A DNA stretch of 64,000 nucleotides from Podarcis filfolensis (lineage: Eukaryota). Every line of letters starts with the position of its first letter. Position 1 is the stretch's first letter. Under the pieces are notes generated by a model, which saw only the letters and a program-made list of their open reading frames with translations, was not told the origin of the DNA and made no database searches. The translations under genes and the position numbers were made by a program. Below are positions 62,149 to 64,000 of the stretch, piece after piece. Location of the stretch: NCBI GenBank assembly GCA_964270895.1, contig OZ185437.1; one strand, written 5' to 3'.

Positions 62149-63759
62149 TACTACTACTACTACTATTACTACTACTACTACTACTACTAAACAACCCCTG
62201 AGCACATTTTAACCACTCTTTTGGGCAAACTATCAGAATGGTTAAAAGGACAGATTTCTTAAGAACAAACTGTGGGACAGTTGTATGTTAACACAAGTTG
62301 TATTCAGAGACATTAAACGTGTAGTTAAATTGTTGTCCTCCACCTTTTTAAAGGCTTCTTGGAGCAGATGTGGCTCAAGTCATTTTGGTGGCTGGCAAAG
62401 GAAACTCCAGCAGCACGCACACCCCCAAGGTTGATAAGAATAAAATAAGGGAAAGGAAAACTAATCTGTACCAAGTCATCTTGTGAATGCTTGATTAGAA
62501 TTTGACATTTTGATGTTTGCCACTCTCAGCTCCTTTGGGAGAAAGGGTGGGACACAAATATAATAAATAACAATTAAATGTTCCTGAATGCCCTGCAGCT
62601 TTGGCAGCATTTGATGACATGCTACATTTGCCCATGTGAACACACACTTCAGCTGAGTCTGGTAACTGTAGACATAAATGTTGTGGAAACTGTTCCCAAG
62701 ATAAGCATTGGGAGAACATGTTGTGCTAATTTTCACATGCTGACAGGATACAAGCAGAATAATTTGCATCATACTTACAGAGTTAATTTTCTGGTATGAT
62801 ACAGTCTGAACGATGCCCTCATTTGTCTACACTAGAGATGGGAAACCTTATTATTTTTATTATAAAATATATTACCCGCCCTTCACCAGCAGAATCCAGG
62901 GCAGGTTAAAAAAAATAAATCCCTCGAGATGTTGTGGACTTTTTCAACCCCCATCAATCCTAGCCAGCATGGCCAATGGTCACAGATGAGGGGAACTTTA
63001 ATCCAAGAACGTATGGAGGACAACAAGTTCTTGATCCCTGGCCTACAGTATCTGATCCCTTTCCCTTTCACCCCAACCACAGAAACAGCAGGCCCCAAAC
63101 GAGGACAAAGTGCTATCACAAGAAGGACAAGAAGCAAGAAAGAAGAGCTCTTTAAGGTGAAAGGATGATCTCATGCAAAAAGGCAGAGGGGCAATGTTTC
63201 TTTCTAATGGATCATGTTAAACACTGAGGTTCCAAATTTACCAGAATACACACAACAGATCTGCAGTGCCCTTATTTTTTCCCCTCCAGATTTTGCTCTT
63301 GTAAGCCTAGTGGCATGCTTAATGCAGTAGAGTGGAAGAGGATGGCTGAAAACTCGGTCAAAGTATTATTTTCCAGTCCGCCAGTCTCCAATACTCTTTT
63401 CTCAAAAGACTTTTGATTTAGCTCAAGATAATTCCTTGAGCAAAAAATAACCTTTGGTGATATTTCTGAGTAGCACCAACAGATAAAATTCACAGCAACA
63501 GGGCATTTAAGAATAAGGAAAGCGGCTTCTAATGTGACAGCATCAAGTTTTGGTTGCAAAAATAAAATGCAAAACAACTGCAAAGCCTACAGATCCTCAC
63601 ACTGACTTAGTGGGAAATGACACTGTTTAGTTCTAAAGCAGGGCAAAGTATAATTACTTCTATTCTGAATACCTTCTCTCCCAGAATGAGAATCCACTTA
63701 TTTCACTTTGCTGAAAACTCAGTGCTACAATTTGTCAGGGGGTCTCTTCACTCTCCGAA

Positions 63760-63975
63760 GAAGAAAAACAATAGTTTAAAGGGATGGCATGAAGGCAGAG
63801 CAGACTTGTTCTCTCTTGTTCCGGAACCAGCATGTGGAAATTGCAGGAGAGCAAATTTTGGCTAGAAGTTAGGAACAGAAACTTCCCCAATGGTTAGAGC
63901 TGTTAAACAAAGAACAGGCTGCCATGGGAAGTACGTAAGCGGAGGCTGGACAGCCATCTGTCAGGCATGCTGTGG
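63760..63975 (+). mobile_element. CR1 LINE 3' fragment
   Basis: gacttgttctc...ttttggctagaagttagg...ggttagagctg...aggctggacagccatctgtcag. Confidence 0.65.
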
Positions 63976-64000
63976 TTGCATCCTGTATTGCAGATCCTGT

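Noticed and set aside
63272-63583. 103-aa minus-strand ORF as the next upstream LRRC73 exon
   Set aside because: No match to the expected LHGSPLTDAGLALLNPAL-type sequence, and no family recognised; a BLASTx search would settle it.

Overview
Vertebrate genomic DNA, most likely from a squamate (lacertid-like) lizard, judged from Sauria SINEs, a BovB fragment, L2/CR1/L1 remnants and Tc1 and hAT MITEs. Two genes converge here. TJAP1 (+ strand) has a CpG-island promoter at about 9.3-10.1 kb and 8 coding exons between 36751 and 51126. The last four coding exons of LRRC73 (- strand) lie at 56853-61802; its 5' exons are not in the window. Gene identities rest on recalled similarity to the human proteins plus in-phase GT-AG exon chaining; no database search was run. 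Best leads: (1) a stop-free 444-codon in-frame extension of the first TJAP1 coding exon between two phase-0 donors, predicting about 641 aa versus 1085 aa isoforms; (2) a Penelope-type insertion with a 12-bp TSD carrying a minimal hammerhead ribozyme core on the minus strand; (3) a candidate 5'UTR exon whose uORF would stop on the TJAP1 start codon (ATGA overlap); (4) a YY1 plus RFX X-box cluster inside an LRRC73 intron with an ORF that could splice in frame; (5) a BovB insertion with a fold-back copy of its own flank. No prokaryotic features, CRISPR arrays, rRNA or intact tRNA genes were found.
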